Source: Camelus dromedarius (taxonomy: Eukaryota). Taken from it: 64,000 nucleotides of DNA. The notes under the pieces were generated by a model. The model was not told the DNA's origin and did no database searches. It saw nothing but the letters and a program-made list of their open reading frames with translations. Both the position numbers and the translations under genes were made by a program. Location of the stretch: the NCBI RefSeq assembly GCF_036321535.1, contig NC_087438.1, positions 9,178,001 to 9,242,000 on the forward strand, in the 5' to 3' direction. Shown piece by piece: positions 61,248 to 64,000 of this stretch; position 1 is the first letter of the stretch, and each line of letters starts with the position of its first letter.

Positions 61248-63788
61248 AGCTTTGTTTTCCACCATTTCTGAAAACAATCTTGCTCTTTAATATGCAACCT
61301 CTAAGAAAACTGGGGTTTTATCTATTTTTTTATTTCTGTATTCCTATGTTTAGAACAGTGCTTTTGTGTAGCCAAGGCTCTGATTATTTTTAATGAGATG
61401 ACTGTAATTATTTACTTATAATTAAGTAATTATAAAATTATTTTTATATTTTAATCATATACTTTTAACTTTTTCTTGTTCAATCAGCAGTTACAGACTA
61501 CATCACAGAAGGGCTTTTTATTCCCTCTCTTATTTTGGGTCCTTTCTTTAATGGATGAGTTCTTTGAAATAGCAATCTGTAGTCACTTTTGCATAAACAT
61601 TAAGGTATTAAGGAGTTGTAATCTGTATTTTATCTTCTCTATCCTCAAAAACTTCTTTCTCAAAGTATCCTAAATAGTATATACTAAAGGAAATTCATTG
61701 TTTTATATACTTTGACTTCTACTGTTACCAAAACTTTTAAGCCGACAAGTTGTACAAGATACAAATATTTTTGATATAATCATTTATATAGTGAAATTCA
61801 TTAGTCTTATATCTTCTGTACTTCTGTTTACAGTGAAGTTTTAAATTCATTAGGAATTTTTTTTGGAGTATTATAAAATACAAATGTGATTTTACTCTTT
61901 TCCAACTGGTTAACTGGTCATTTTTAGGATTAGTATTAATATCTTATAGAAAAGAGGTTCAAATACTCATGTCAATTTATTGCAAAATATAGTTTTTATA
62001 TTTGTAAAATCACTGAAGAAAGAATTATATTTATAATTTAGAAACTATTCTATATTAATTCAAATGTATTACCAAGGGAGAATACCTTACATTTCAGATC
62101 CATTAGACTATGAACAGAAAAAGAGATTTTATTTCTTCTGTAAAATCAGCCAGATACTTATTTTCAATACAAATGGACAATGATAAAAAAAAAAGTCTCA
62201 TTTTTGACATATTAGAAAGAGCTCTTCCCTGGGGTGGATATGTGACTCAGTCCTGCTAGATTTCTTGAACTGAATACCCATACTTTTCAAAAGATGTTAA
62301 AATTATAGATAAAGAAATAATTGAAAACTATCATATTGACAGCAGGAAGAAAGAGAATTTTCTTAAAACAAACAGTATAATCAAACATCAACTAAAACAC
62401 TTAAAAATTTCAGAACTTAGCACTTTTTATTTATAAATATAATTTTTATTCTTGTTTGAAAATAATTTTCATGTTTTTCTATCAAAAATCATTGTCCAAA
62501 GATCAATAAGCAAGCTGATTTTTCTTTCATGAGCTATGAAATTTAGTTAAAGCTTTTGGTATATTTTGCTGTATTTTTATAAGATGACATTTTTCAAAAA
62601 AGTTTAAATATAAATTTTGTAAATAGATCATTATTAAAAATTAAATTACCAATGTTTATGGCTTTATACATAGATGAATAACACAAAAGCTACAAATTAT
62701 TAATAATATTAAAATATTAAATAATTATCAGCTGCATATATCTTGCTATTATAATTTTAAAATACTCAAAACGTTTCTTACAAACATCTAAAATAAATTT
62801 AATTATATTAAGCAAATGAAGTTTCTTTATTTTTAATCAAATGTATATATATAAATTATATTTCCCTTTTTTAATTCAACTGAATAAATACATACATAAA
62901 TGCAGAACATAAATGTATATGTAGCATTTAAATATACAGAAATATCAGATTCTTATTTTTTCCTTAAGTCATGTTTATTTGTTATTATAGTGGCATAAGA
63001 AGAGAATACAGAATTTTAAATTCTGAAACTTGAACAATTTATCTCTGTATTAGTTTTAGTGACTTTCTTTTACCATACATATTTGATTTATGACAAGAAA
63101 AATCTGCATTAATTTAACTGCTAGCCACTGACATGATATAGGTCCCTGCCTCTTTCAAAAGACTTAGATTCTTCAGATTTGACATGTATCTAATGTTATA
63201 AACAAGTACCCTATAGAATATACTAATGGAGTAATAAAATGTATGTTAATACAATTTAGTGTACTTTTCCTCTGTTTAGGATTTGATATTTCAGCTGCTG
63301 AATTAATAAAAGGTTATTTCCTGGAAATCCATGTGGGCCTAATTTACAAGCACATGAAGATCTGCTAAGAAATACAACCTTATTTCAAAATCACCTCAAA
63401 GGGTCAATAAAGCTGGTATCAGGGCTGTTCAACTAAGCAGGTTGCAAGTAGAGGTCCTTACACTGTGGTCCCTACAGAGTTACAAGAGTAACATATGAGA
63501 CATATTTGAATGCTTGTTGAATATACAGAATCCTTATCTCTGCTCAGAGTTTCTGCATAAAAACTTGAGAGTGATCGTAATATGTACATTTGGGAAGTAC
63601 TTCTTGAGCTGACATTCTGCCAACATACGGAGGGCATCATAGAAAATATGCATCGTAGTATTCACATATAATTGTTTCTTAAGTATTTGTGTATTGTAGT
63701 ATATAATGTTATCAAATCATGTATCCCAATATTCAGAAAGTAGTTGAAGAAAGTATATGTAATATGCTGTCTGAATTATTCTCTCAGC

Positions 63789-63860
63789 CTCTGTCTGTCT
63801 CTGTCTCTCTACCTCAGTCTGTCTCTCAGACACACACGCATGCACACACATACATGCATG
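63789..63860. repeat. Compound (TC/TCTG)n-(CA)n low-complexity repeat
   Basis: Direct reading. Confidence 0.8.
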
Positions 63861-64000
63861 TGTTTTTAATGAAGGGAGTAATGGTGAGATTCTTTGTTGC
63901 TTTAATAGCCCAATTGCTAATTTGGCATTTATTTCTGGATCTGACTAATAATAATGTAGATCAAGGAGTATGTAATAATACTCAATTCACTCAGATTATC

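Noticed and set aside
1..64000. Inferring a host-gene strand from transposon orientation bias; CRISPR arrays, operons or intact proviruses
   Set aside because: L1s and LTRs occur on both strands without a clear bias. No regularly spaced repeats, long ORFs or gag/pol/env remnants were seen.

Overview
AT-rich, CpG-depleted mammalian genomic DNA, most likely from a camelid (alpaca/vicuna/llama/camel). This is inferred from two tRNA-Ala-derived vic-1-type SINEs and two young L1 3' ends of the camelid type, all with visible target-site duplications (TSDs). No host protein-coding exon, RNA gene, CpG island or prokaryotic feature could be recognised. The only ORF with a recognisable product is a LINE-1 ORF2p fragment (33987-34172); the other ORF calls look like chance or low-complexity ORFs. 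The window reads as a gene desert or a very large intron carrying layered transposon fossils (L1, L2, MIR, MaLR/ERVL LTRs, hAT MITEs) and microsatellites. Between these lie unique blocks that may be enhancers or low-confidence exons. Repeat families were recognised by eye from remembered consensus motifs, so subfamily names and boundaries are approximate and need RepeatMasker/Dfam confirmation. I found no convincing novel biological system. The best leads are an atypical tail-less internal L1 insertion, nested elements, and several motif-rich unique blocks.
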